Below, piece by piece: positions 49,801 through 61,085 of a stretch of 64,000 bases of DNA. Origin of the DNA: Amphiscolops sp. MND2022 (lineage: Eukaryota); contig OZ076413.1 of the NCBI GenBank assembly GCA_964187785.1, positions 42,596,001 to 42,660,000 of the forward strand, in the 5' to 3' direction. Under the pieces are notes generated by a model, which saw nothing but the letters and a program-made list of their open reading frames with translations, was not told the DNA's origin and did no database searches. Made by a program: the position numbers and the translations under genes. The stretch's first letter is position 1. Each line of letters opens with the position of its first letter.

Positions 49801-50902
49801 CTGTTTAATGCCAAACTGTATGTTAAATCTAGGTTAGCAACAATGGTTCCTTAACAAAACTAATCTAGTATACATATGTATATAAATATGTATAAACAAA
49901 AAGATCAACAATTATAGTTTGTTGGTAAATGTTCTTTTCAGTTTGATTGGCTTTTCATTGAACCGAATAATTCGGACACGGTACTTCACCGTATGAAAGC
50001 AATAAATGCCTTTTTTTCGATGAGGAAACTGACGTCTATTTCTGTAACAACGGAAAAGAATTATCAGGAACAAAAATTGCCTTTTTCGAATATTTCATGT
50101 TTTTCAAATATTCTTCGATTGTTTTTGTAGGTATTAATATCCATGCAGTGCAAAAACAGAATATTTGGCTACTCAACATTCTTCAAACGTCAATAGCCTT
50201 AATATCAATATTTTAGAGCCATTTGACAAAAGTCAATATTCCGTTCATATTGCCGCCAAAATGTTTGTAACGTGATGAAAAAATTTCCTTGCAAATTCTT
50301 TGATTACAGTGACGTTAACAAAAACGACATGGCAATAATTTTTTTAAAAAAACACACACTAAAAATCGAAGTTTGATTCTATTGAAGAAGACCAAGAGAC
50401 AGTGAATCACAGGACACTAAGATAAACGGCAGCGGATCAAAAAAGCTGCGAAATACGTAAGAAAGCATTTTTGGTTTTGTACAAAACTATTCTTTTGATG
50501 TCTTTTTGTTCCACTTGAGCGAGTGGAATCAAAAATTGATGATCACAATAGAAAATGGCCATTCGAAAACAAGTATACGATATGAGAGACCTTACCAACA
50601 TATCGTGAGTAAAAAATCATATCGTTTTCCAAGGATTTTACTGTTTTTCAAAACAAACGTGAATTGAATTGGAAGATGGAGAACCCTCTCACGCTTGAGC
50701 CCTAGGAAAATGTCGTAGCTAATTTAGTCTCGGGCGGAAACTATCCCGCAGTTCAATGGGTGTCTTGGACTATAGTTATTCAGTCCTTGCTTCATAAAAT
50801 TCATTCAATAAAAAGTACATATGGCTCCTCACTTGGCGTTTTCCCAGCGATCGAAGACACGCTACGCTTGCCAAGATCATGGTTATTGTTGCTAAATCAT
50901 GG

Positions 50903-51068
50903 TTAAATTTTCCTGAAATCCCAAATATCAATCAAAATTTAGAAGCAAGGTTGTATACTGTCCAATAAACCGACTAAGTGTTCTAAAAAGTTACTTCATG
51001 TTCTAATTGTTTTCTAACAACCTTGCTTCTAAATTTTGGCTGATATTTGGGATTTCAGGAAAATTTAA
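50903..51068. repeat. 52-bp-arm inverted repeat (fold-back or small MITE)
   Basis: 50903-50954 pairs with 51017-51068 with two mismatches; TTAA at both outer ends. Confidence 0.85.
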
Positions 51069-52503
51069 TAATTCCGAGTACAATTATCCCTGATGTTGAA
51101 TTTAATCGAGCAGAGACTATCACATCACAATTGGATTTCTCGAATTGACATATGTGAAAGATATGCGGATTTTTTGCTGAGGATGTGTTACAGATTTTCC
51201 AGGTAGAGATTTTTCTAGGATTCGGGTTTTTACTGAGAAGTATCTAAAACAACATTTGCAATTTCCTGAAGTTCTCGAAGATTCGTTTCTTTAAGACTAC
51301 GCTTCGCAGATATTCACTCGGCGTGAAATCGCGTGAATTATTACCGAATCAAAATTCAGTGGGTGACTGAAAATAACAGCGTGAAATAAAACATTTTTCA
51401 TTCAAAATTGCGTAATATGGCGTGAAATTGAATTTTAAAAAACAAGGGATGAATTTTGTTTTGTTAATCAAAAATTTAGCACCGATTGAACAACTCTGAT
51501 GCAGCTAGTTGAAAATTGTCACAATTGATTGTCAATTCCTGGATTTTGAAGCTCTGCAGCAATTGTTGTTCTCGTATGTTAGTTTCCGTAATTTTGACAG
51601 AAAAAGATCGTGACATTGGCGTGAAAATGAACCAAAAATAGCGTGACATAAGAAGAAAATTTATAGAATATTCAACGTGGTTTTCTGCGGAGCCTGTATA
51701 TTTCGAAAACGGTTGGTCATTTTGAAATCAAAATGTATCCATAGATTCAGTAGATTCGTGGGAGTTAATTGATACTCGCCAGAAAAACTGTGGATAAAAC
51801 GGTCAAAATTAGAAAAACGGCAAAAAGTCTCAATTTTCCTCAAAATCAGTTATTTTTGTCTAAGAATTTTTAAAAATACGAATAAAAAGTAGATGAAATT
51901 TTTAGAAACTTGTTTCTGATGTTTTTCAAAAATCTGAACCAATTTCAAAAAAGTCGAGTCTAAAATTGCCGTATGGATGATTTCTTAATCACAGTACTGT
52001 TTAAGACTGTATCATTAGACATTTGAATCCTTTTAGTCTTAAATACTATAGTAATGGAATATAGACCATTATGGTGTAATATTTTGAGCCTATAGCGCAA
52101 CATGCCAATAATGGTACGTCATAGTGCTTTCGATTGCTTCTTTCGTGCATTACTGTGCATCACGTACTTGGTGCAAAAATCCATGACCAGTGTTGAATCC
52201 GCGCTTTCATGAAAATTCTGAACTCTTGTTCCCACGAGAGCTTAATGTACTCTTTTTTTGCAGGTATGACCTTTAAAGATTTTCTAAAAATCATTCAAGT
52301 TTTCGTAAACAATCCATTTATACCATTACCGGGCGCCATGCTGCATTACTGCCCTGCCTTAGAAAGTTTTCAAGTTTTTAGAACTCAATTGTAGGATTTT
52401 TGACCTTTTTTCATATGTATAGTAAAGAAGTTTATTTAAATTAATTACTCAGCAAGGTTATGAAAACGAACCGGGGGTGTTATCGACTAATTAAACAAAA
52501 GAA

Positions 52504-53496
52504 TCAAACAGATAAATTAGAAAGTAAGTGCGGACAATAAGTCTCCCAATAAGTCCAGTGTTTGCGCAAATTCTCTTTAGATGCTTGAGGGCCCTTTGCG
52601 GGAGTAAATACCCAATTTCGTAGTGCCTCTCTGCCCTGTGTCCGTAAAATCTTCCTCCAGGTGCCACGTCGAACTCCTATGATGTACTCATCCAGTGTCC
52701 GAGTAATGATGGTTGAATCAGCAATGGTAGACGCGTCCCACCCCGATAAAATAGTAGGCTTACCTGTGTCTAGGGTGAGGACGGCGTGAGGCCGCAAACT
52801 AGGAACGTAAATTAAATCCCCTGGCCGCTGAATAGTAAATCTTAAATAATTAGCCTCCTTGTCCCGTGGCCCCCTTTGAACGAAATCAATGAAGTTATTT
52901 GCATTATTGCAGCAACGTTCTAACAAACGAGAAGAGATATTAGTGGTGGTCGCACACCATATTTTGATTCCCGTATGCAGAAGTGCATAAGAAGCGCCTC
53001 CTCCAACTTCAATATGCGCATACGAAAACCAAGGGCCCTGTACTAATAAACCTATACAGCTAGTTACAATTTGATCAAGAAATGATAAAGACGTAAGACA
53101 ATTGGCAAAGTCCATATCCCCTTGCATAGAATTAATAAATTCGCGAGTTACAGAATACTCCGGGCCTTTTGTAATATTAACTAAAGGATAATCAGGAATG
53201 TTCTCAAAATCAGCCCAAACTAAATCAGGTTTATCAGAAAGCTGTTTTAAAATGCCCCTAGGCTGAACATTAACGCCGGCAAGAATGCAAGGCTGCGGGG
53301 GAGAAATAGAATTAAAATTAACAGGGGAAATAGTGGGGAAACGGGGCCAAAGTTCATGAATTATAGTAAAGTCAGAAACAGAGTTATTAGCATTGAAAGT
53401 GTTGTAAATGTCATTCATACGGTCAACCACACTCTGACTACGTGTTGAGTAATCAGTTTTGTACTTTAAAGATCGAGAATTAGAAGATGAAGCCAT
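52504..53496 (-). CDS. JmjC-domain Fe(II)/2-oxoglutarate oxygenase (putative histone demethylase/hydroxylase), LTR copy 1
   Basis: Intronless 330-aa ORF from ATG 53496. FSYAHIE (HxE), SYALLHTGIKIW (G-x-K-x-W), RFTIQRPGDLIYVP...PHAVLT (distal His). Minus-strand AATAAA at 52431-52436. Confidence 0.88.
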   Translation of the reverse strand: MASSSNSRSLKYKTDYSTRSQSVVDRMNDIYNTFNANNSVSDFTIIHELWPRFPTISPVNFNSISPPQPCILAGVNVQPRGILKQLSDKPDLVWADFENIPDYPLVNITKGPEYSVTREFINSMQGDMDFANCLTSLSFLDQIVTSCIGLLVQGPWFSYAHIEVGGGASYALLHTGIKIWCATTTNISSRLLERCCNNANNFIDFVQRGPRDKEANYLRFTIQRPGDLIYVPSLRPHAVLTLDTGKPTILSGWDASTIADSTIITRTLDEYIIGVRRGTWRKILRTQGREALRNWVFTPAKGPQASKENLRKHWTYWETYCPHLLSNLSV

Positions 53497-55476
53497 TTTC
53501 ACGGTATGTAGAATTTAGTCAAAATCGCTATGTTAATACGTGTATTTGAGGGTATGCGAGAGTGAAACTTCACAGTACGCGGTATAAGCATTGAATGCAA
53601 CTCACCTAAGCGTGTCAGAAAGCGAAAGCAATGAAAATTAGAACGCGCTGTGAGTGGCTGTACGCGTAGCTAATAAGAAAACGGCCGCCGCACACTTTGA
53701 ATTAATCCCCCCTCTTAATAGAAATTAAAAATCAAAACCCGATTTCTCGAAGATGAAAAAAGAGCAACAAACGGTTTTCAGCATTCGAAAGCCCATCCAA
53801 AGGAGAGCTTAAGTTGAGAATATGAGCGTTGTGCGACCCCGGGAACATATCGGGGGGAAGCTTTGAAAATAAGTGCATATAAAATTTTGACGATTTTCCA
53901 AAATTGAGTTTCCTTTAAAAATTTCGTGTGATCGCTACAGTTGTCAGAAAATGTTCGGATATGGCTTAAATTAAAGATAATTGGATGCCCTAACTTGTGT
54001 TAATTGGAAAATAAATAATATTCAGTAGTTTTTGAGAACTGAGCCAGCAAACGTTAAAAACAGCCCTAAAATGGCCTAAAAAGCCGTTTTTCGCATGTTA
54101 TCGCTTAGTACTCAACGTGTAAGCGCACAATAGCCGCCCCTTCACAGCGTACTTGCGAATTGAAGTGGAGGAGTGAATAGAATAATAAATAGAGTGCTGC
54201 GGCGCGCTAGCGAAGAACCCCAAAGAATTTAAAGTTGTGATTTCTTTCTGCCGATAGGGATGTCGACCTACCAAAATGCGAACCCCCCCCTCGCACGTTT
54301 TGGGCGATATCGAGCTGAAACTTTCAGGGTAGACGCACAAGACCCAGGCGCACAGCGTTTAGCAGAAGCGTTTTTCCGAAAAATGCCTTGGTTTCGAGAT
54401 ATTGGCCTCCAAAGTTGAAAGTCCAGACATAAAAATCGGGAAAATGACTACTTTCAGAAAAAGTACTATCAAATTTTGTTGAGAAAAGATAGAGACCTCA
54501 TCTAAAATGCAAAATATTTCTAATGGCTTGGGCTAACGATGTATATAAGCCCCCAGCCTGTATCTTTCAAATTGATTGAGTACTAGCACTCCAAAGTTGA
54601 GATTTGCGTGAAAACCGATGGATGATTTTTGACTACCAAACTTTAAAGGCGTTTTTCACTACGAAGGAGTTGAAATAGAAAGAAAACTATGGAGTAAGCT
54701 TTTGTAGCCCTTGAATTGTACTTTCAAATGGTGTACTTGGTTTTTGCCCCCGTGATCGGAACACCTTGTTTTTGCCCTTAGAAGTTGTAACACGAAAATC
54801 GACTTTTTTTTATATGAATTGAAATCGCATTTTAGGTCATTGTAAATTGTAGAAAATTGTTTCCTTCAGCCATTTTTAGCTGAAGAGAGTTGTCAGGAAC
54901 CGCGTGAGAAAAAGAGACCTGGCAAAAAGTGCAAATGTCAATCAGTAAGCCGAAGTTCTAGTCGTGCTTACAAAAGTGGGAAAAACTGAGTCAGTAACAC
55001 CGCCCCTTAAATTCTATTGAAAACGAAGTAAAACCACCAGTCATGATTGACAAGGAGGTGGAACTAGGACCGACTCGTGATGAGAAAATGTACTTTTGAC
55101 GAATCTTCAGTACCGAAGTAAGGAAAACTGATTTGCTCAACACTTAGTCAGAACCCGAAAAAGGAAAGATGATAAACTATGAATAATGATATGACTAAAC
55201 TGCCGAAAAAGTAACTTAGGCCGAAGTGTGCGCCATTTTAGCGACACACAAAGTGAGTTGAAATCTAGAGAACGGTTTGCTGCTTTGCGTCCGATAGCAT
55301 CCCGCATCAGACGCCGGACTATCGAAATTGCAGATTTACTTCGTCTGGCCGGTTAGCCCGTGCCTTCAGCCTAACAACCTGAAGTTGCCTGATTTGTTGC
55401 TACCCCGCTTTTCGCTAGTACGGATTTCGACCCGGGAGTAGGGTGGACTGCTGGTCTATCGTATTACATGTAAAAG

Positions 55477-55678
55477 AGCCTAAGTGGGCTGATAATACAC
55501 GGTTGAGCCTAAGTGGGCTGATAATACACGGTTGAGCCTAAGTGGGCTGATAATACACGGTTAAGCCTAAGTGGGCTGATAATACACGGTTAAGCCTAAG
55601 TGGGCTGATAATACACGGTTTAAGCCTAAGTGGGCTGATAATACACGGTTTAAGCCTAAGTGGGCTGATAATACACGG
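55477..55678 (+). repeat. 7 x 29-30-bp tandem array in LTR copy 1
   Basis: Unit AGCCTAAGTGGGCTGATAATACACGGTT(G/A/TA); no unique spacers. Confidence 0.97.
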
Positions 55679-56257
55679 ATTGTTGTTTTCACTCCAAGAC
55701 CGATAGAGATTTTGCGGCGAGTTGATTCTTCCGATATCTTCGATATCACCCCCATCCTTACGGATACAAAAAACTTAACCTTGCTGAAATTCTTGTGTAC
55801 TGTTCTCTTGTGTTATATGCCTCCTAATTTGCCTCCTAATATACTCAGTAATATTCTCCGCTATTATCGATGTTATCATATTATTCATTCTATTATTCGT
55901 GGATGTGAAATTGTATTTGTGTCTATTACTCGACTTATTTATTTGATGTATAGTAATTAAAGTTCAACCTGCTTCTTTTCATCAGCGAAAAGATAATTTC
56001 AGACAGCCCAAGAGTAGCGAGACAAACCCCTGAAAGAGGGAAAAATAGCAAAGTTGTAAAGATCGTGATTTCCTTGTCACACTTACCCCCACCGCCTTCG
56101 ATTAAGTTGATTCGTCTCTTCTTCGGAGTTAATAAAAATTTATGTAGATACTCAGCCAGTCCTTGTCTCGTGCATGGTACCTACGGGTTTAATTGAGTTG
56201 TAGTGGAGCTATTCTCAACAAATAGTTAAAGCTACTGGAAAACTAAAAATCTTACAT

Positions 56258-56275
56258 TGGCGCTCCTGGGTGGGC
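56258..56275 (+). promoter_or_regulatory. Primer-binding site (tRNA-Asn-like); repeated at 63853-63870
   Basis: TGGCGCTCCTGGGTGGGC lies 1 nt after the LTR's CA and closely resembles the complement of the tRNA-Asn 3' end. Confidence 0.8.
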
Positions 56276-56367
56276 TTTCTTTGCTTCTTTGTTATTTCCT
56301 CTTTCTTTGCTTACTTCTTTCCCATACCTTCCCTTCACCCCTTTTGAGTTGCTGAACCCTTTCAACG

Positions 56368-57762
56368 ATGTCTGGAGACGACGACAACGATCAGCAGATC
56401 TCCCCCGTCACCCAAGAAGATTCCAACGGCAGCCACACTCCCGTCACAGGTGGTAGTAAACCACTCCTCAGTAAGTCCACTAAATTTTCCTTCGTAGGAT
56501 TGGCCGACACGGAAAAGGAGTGTAAACGAGATGCTTATCGGCGATTGAAAGAAATGGAAAAAGAAATAAAAAGATTCAAAATTAAAGCAGACTTAGATTC
56601 GGACGACTCCATGGTCCTTGAAAATGAATCTAGAAAAAGACAAAAACCCCTGTACGAAAAATCGCCAATAAAACCAGAAAAGTTCCCCGGCAAAGATTAC
56701 AACCGCTGGGAAAATTGGGTAAAACACTTCAAAGCAGTTGCCAAAGCCAATGGGTGGAATGATAGTCAAAAAATTGCTGCAATACCTACTTGTTTAACAT
56801 CTTGGGATATTGAAGAATTTGAAACTGTCCCCAAAAGATATATTGAAAAAGAACCCGGTTCTTATCCCCCACGTTTTGATGAACTCCTTGAAATTTTGAA
56901 ACCCAAAATGCAGCAATATCGCAGCCAGCGAGCTACGCGGTCGGAATTTAAAGCAGTTAAACAGTGGGAAAATGAAGACCTAAGAGACTACTCGAGAAGA
57001 GTACGTCAACTCGCTGATATAGCCTTTCCTGAAAAATCGCTCCGGGAAAGGGAACGTGATATGAGGGATCAATTTATTGAAGGGCTTTTTGATTCGCGAA
57101 TACAACTTAGTTTGTATGAAGACGAGCGTGACCGTGATTTCGGGGAAACTTTGCAACGAGCACAGGAACTCGAAATAATCCACAAGACTCATGAATCAAA
57201 AAGAGAGCGGAAACTTGATAAATTGCGCTATTCGTATGACGAATATGAGGATCCCGATCTAGTGAGAGCTGGCTATTCGAGTAACAACCAAATCGAAGAA
57301 AAAATTGCCGCCCTTCAAACATCTTTAACCAATGTGGCAAGTCGCTTTGATCGATTTGAAAATTCCATCTGTCAGCAAATATCCAAGCAAACCGATCAAA
57401 TAACGAAAAACTTAGAACAAAGTTCCTCGAAACAAGTCGAAATGATGACCAGACAAAACGAAATCCTAATGCAGGGTATGAAAGACATGTCATCTGCGAT
57501 CGTAGGAGCGTTAGGAAGTTCGCAAAGGCCGGTTGGTGGGCAGCCTCAGAGTTGGCAAGCTCCCCATTTTCAAGCCCCTCTCAATCCTAACTATCGCGCG
57601 CCTCTAAATAGGGCAGGATCGTCGGGTCAGCTAAATGTTTCGCACCCTCCCCCCGAAGAAGCGGAATGTTTTAATTGTAAGGCGATAGGTCACTACGCTA
57701 AGCAATGTCCAAGTCTTCCGCAGTCTAATTCTTTAAACTACCGACAGCCGAGTATGCAGTAG
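56368..57762 (+). CDS. Gag (capsid-like domain, coiled coil, CCHC knuckle)
   Basis: Intact 464 aa with KPEKFPG...WENWVKHF, KQWENEDLRDY, RDQFIEGL and CFNCKAIGHYAKQC. Confidence 0.92.
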   Translation: MSGDDDNDQQISPVTQEDSNGSHTPVTGGSKPLLSKSTKFSFVGLADTEKECKRDAYRRLKEMEKEIKRFKIKADLDSDDSMVLENESRKRQKPLYEKSPIKPEKFPGKDYNRWENWVKHFKAVAKANGWNDSQKIAAIPTCLTSWDIEEFETVPKRYIEKEPGSYPPRFDELLEILKPKMQQYRSQRATRSEFKAVKQWENEDLRDYSRRVRQLADIAFPEKSLRERERDMRDQFIEGLFDSRIQLSLYEDERDRDFGETLQRAQELEIIHKTHESKRERKLDKLRYSYDEYEDPDLVRAGYSSNNQIEEKIAALQTSLTNVASRFDRFENSICQQISKQTDQITKNLEQSSSKQVEMMTRQNEILMQGMKDMSSAIVGALGSSQRPVGGQPQSWQAPHFQAPLNPNYRAPLNRAGSSGQLNVSHPPPEEAECFNCKAIGHYAKQCPSLPQSNSLNYRQPSMQ

Positions 57763-58427
57763 CAGGCTCTACTCGCGCTTGGGATTCCATCCCTTCCCCA
57801 GCTGCTACAAATTTTCCGCAAACAAGTCAGCGTGTTCGTTCTAGGTCTAGGAGTAACGATAGCCGTTTGCGACAGCGCAATCGCAGTAGGCGGATCGACC
57901 CCGAAACTTGGAAACAAATGTGTGAGGAGTTTGGCCCGGAAAAGTGGCAAAATATCCATTTTAATCGTCTTAAACCGTATCTTGGCGAATCCCTCCCGAA
58001 ACGATCCGATCGAGTGGCGACAAAAACGCTTCCGAGTTATGAAGAAGTCGCAGATGAATCCGATTCATCCGACCAAGAGACCGAAAATAGACCGTATCAT
58101 GTGTTCCGCCCTACTTCGGCGGAAATCCAAGCCAATAGAAACCGGCCGCACGTGTCATTTCATGACGTTCCCCGCGTGATAAACGCCGAAAGCGACGAAG
58201 AGACTACTCTGACTAATTGCCCGTTGTATATAGACGTCCCCGCACCGTCAGAGGAGTCTTCATTTCCTGTTTATGAAGAAATAAACGACAATAGAAATAC
58301 TTCGCCTCCTTCAGACGAGGAGGACAACGAAAGCGAACGTTCAGATTCGCTGATAATCGAAACGACACGGAATCGTCGACCGCCAGTACGCTTCGGCATA
58401 GACGAGTACGTGGTAAATCCAAAATAA
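57732..58427 (+). pseudogene. Internally deleted pol remnant in the -1 frame after a TTTAAAC slippery site
   Basis: The -1 frame is open from T TTA AAC to 58427. It contains IHFNRLKPY and a terminal RNRRPPVRFG, typical of Gypsy integrase tails, but no PR, RT, RNase H or DDE motifs. Confidence 0.75.
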
Positions 58428-59965
58428 CATTAATGTCTTCGGGTGGATGGTCAGGTGAGTTGAGTCATCCGAAGTAGTGAAGCTCATCATTCGATTAGCC
58501 GTTCGCGAGCATGACTAATCGAATTACTTGTAAGCTCGGACTGTCAATCATGAGGTGATGAGTTCGAAAAGTAGTGTCATCCGTGTCGCTATCGGCTCTC
58601 CTTCATTTAGTTTTGCCTTAACCTAATTGCCTCAGTCGCCAGAATTGGAAAATTGTAGTCATCGTCCCTACAATCAATTCGATTGACTTACAAAAAAACC
58701 GTATTTAACCTCTATATGTCTATGTGTTGTGTTGTCGGAAAATTTTTTTTCCATGCTTGAAAAATTCGACTCGCTAGTATAGTCGGAAGATTATGTAAAT
58801 GTAGTATTTGTTTTGACATAATCGGGTACCGGCGTGAAAAGTAAGAACTCGTTTGGAACCAGCGATGAGGATTGTCCGCCTAGGTTCGCGCGAATGACCT
58901 TTCGTAACTACGAAATCGCAGAAATGACATGTCAAAACAATGTCGCTAACAAGTCTCGGTACGTTAACTGAAGAAGATCCAGAAGAGAGACTATCCCCCC
59001 TTCCTGAAAATATTCGAGTTCCAGTCGTATACAGTTTCAGACACGAAAGATTTGCTAAGGGGGATTGCAAGTTTATTCCGTTGTACTGACTCTGCAACCT
59101 GCCTCAGGTAAATTCAGCGAAGTAGTTTGCTTCTCTACGACTACTATTCAGAAAAGTGAAAGTATTCATCTTCAGTAATGTATCACAATTTTGGGGTGTC
59201 CTAATATTGTTTGGGATGTTATATATGCCGACCGAAAGAACAACCAACAACTTGGCTGATCTCGGAGAGAGAAGTGTGTTTTGACTTCAGCAACGTTGCC
59301 GTCGACGAAGTTCAACACTCCCCTTGTCAACAAGACGACAATGTGTCCTGAGATGATCCGAATGTTAATTCTGGGTGGATGAAGCCTATCAGCGCTAGTA
59401 CAGAACCCTACACGTGAGATGAACCTTTTCACAATGATAAATTGTACCCAGAATAAATCCACGCACCTTAAAACCCCCCTGTATTTATTTGCCCTAAAGA
59501 AAGGCTCAAAAACTATATTTTCCTCGCTTGGACAGAAAATTGAAATAATTAAATAAATAATAAATTCTAGGGAATAAACTAAGAAATCCAGTCTGTAAGA
59601 ATGTGAATTAAAAAAAAAGATATAGAAATGGTTCTTTTTAATAAACAACCCTTTATTTTCCAAAATCTTAAATTGGATTGAAAAAGAGGAAAATTTTGAG
59701 AAAGAATGAAAATTTTTCATGGATTTAATGTATTTTAAAGAAAAGAGTGATTTCGTATTTAAATAGGAGGATTGTTAATAGAGTGTGAAGTGATTTTTAT
59801 ATTGTTATCATTGTATTTCAAGCACTTGTTTACAAAATAAAAGAGATTAAGTTGATGAAACAAGGCTACATTACAACCTGACTGGACTACGAATTGACGA
59901 ATAAGAACGCTCCTACTAAGGGAATAAAATTTAAATAAACCAACTACTCAGGAGAGTAGTAGTCC

Positions 59966-59978
59966 AAGTGGGGGGGAA
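59966..59978 (+). promoter_or_regulatory. Polypurine tract
   Basis: AAGTGGGGGGGAA immediately before the TG of LTR copy 2. Confidence 0.85.
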
Positions 59979-60092
59979 TGTAGGATTTTTGACCTTTTTT
60001 CATATGTATAGTAAAGAAGTTTATTTAAATTAATTACTCAGCAAGGTTATGAAAACAAACCGGGGGTGTTATCGACTAATTAAACAAAAGAA

Positions 60093-61085
60093 TCAAACAG
60101 ATAAATTAGAAAGTAAGTGCGGACAATAAGTCTCCCAATAAGTCCAGTGTTTGCGCAAATTCTCTTTAGATGCTTGAGGGCCCTTTGCGGGAGTAAATAC
60201 CCAATTTCGTAGTGCCTCTCTGCCCTGTGTCCGTAAAATCTTCCTCCAGGTGCCACGTCGAACTCCTATGATGTACTCATCCAGTGTCCGAGTAATGATG
60301 GTTGAATCAGCAATGGTAGACGCGTCCCACCCCGATAAAATAGTAGGCTTACCTGTGTCTAGGGTGAGGACGGCGTGAGGCCGCAAACTAGGAACGTAAA
60401 TTAAATCCCCTGGCCGCTGAATAGTAAATCTTAAATAATTAGCCTCCTTGTCCCGTGGCCCCCTTTGAACGAAATCAATGAAGTTATTTGCATTATTGCA
60501 GCAACGTTCTAACAAACGAGAAGAGCTATTAGTGGTGGTCGCACACCATATTTTGATTCCCGTATGCAGAAGTGCATAAGAAGCGCCTCCTCCAACTTCA
60601 ATATGCGCATACGAAAACCAAGGGCCCTGTACTAATAAACCTATACAGCTAGTTACAATTTGATCAAGAAATGAAAAAGACGTAAGACAATTGGCAAAGT
60701 CCATATCCCCTTGCATAGAATTAATAAATTCGCGAGTTACAGAATACTCCGGGCCTTTTGTAATATTAACTAAAGGATAATCAGGAATGTTCTCAAAATC
60801 AGCCCAAACTAAATCAGGTTTATCAGAAAGCTGTTTTAAAATGCCCCTAGGCTGAACATTAACGCCGGCAAGAATGCAAGGCTGCGGGGGAGAAATAGAA
60901 TTAAAATTAACAGGGGAAATAGTGGGGAAACGGGGCCAAAGTTCATGAATTATAGTAAAGTCAGAAACAGACTTATTAGCATTAAAAGTGTTGTAAATGT
61001 CATTCATACGGTCAACCACACTCTGACTACGTGTTGAGTAATCAGTTTTGTACTTTAAAGATCGAGAATTAGAAGATGAAGCCAT
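60093..61085 (-). CDS. JmjC-domain oxygenase, LTR copy 2
   Basis: Same ORF with 3 amino-acid differences (N/K, L/F, I/S); catalytic motifs intact. Confidence 0.88.
   Translation of the reverse strand: MASSSNSRSLKYKTDYSTRSQSVVDRMNDIYNTFNANKSVSDFTIIHELWPRFPTISPVNFNSISPPQPCILAGVNVQPRGILKQLSDKPDLVWADFENIPDYPLVNITKGPEYSVTREFINSMQGDMDFANCLTSFSFLDQIVTSCIGLLVQGPWFSYAHIEVGGGASYALLHTGIKIWCATTTNSSSRLLERCCNNANNFIDFVQRGPRDKEANYLRFTIQRPGDLIYVPSLRPHAVLTLDTGKPTILSGWDASTIADSTIITRTLDEYIIGVRRGTWRKILRTQGREALRNWVFTPAKGPQASKENLRKHWTYWETYCPHLLSNLSV

Larger units (their letters stand above)
52390..56256 (+). repeat. LTR copy 1 (3867 bp)
   Basis: TG...CA termini with a 7-bp imperfect inverted repeat; AATAAA at 56131; PBS follows. 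Confidence 0.93.

Noticed and set aside
43949..52389. Next RasGRP exon (end of CDC25, EF hands, C1)
   Set aside because: No convincing phase-0 exon found. The candidate acceptor at 52264 hits a stop at the second codon, so the gene probably continues beyond the window.
55477..55678. CRISPR-like array of ~29-bp palindromic repeats
   Set aside because: Units are head-to-tail with no unique spacers, there are no cas genes, and the context is a eukaryotic LTR.
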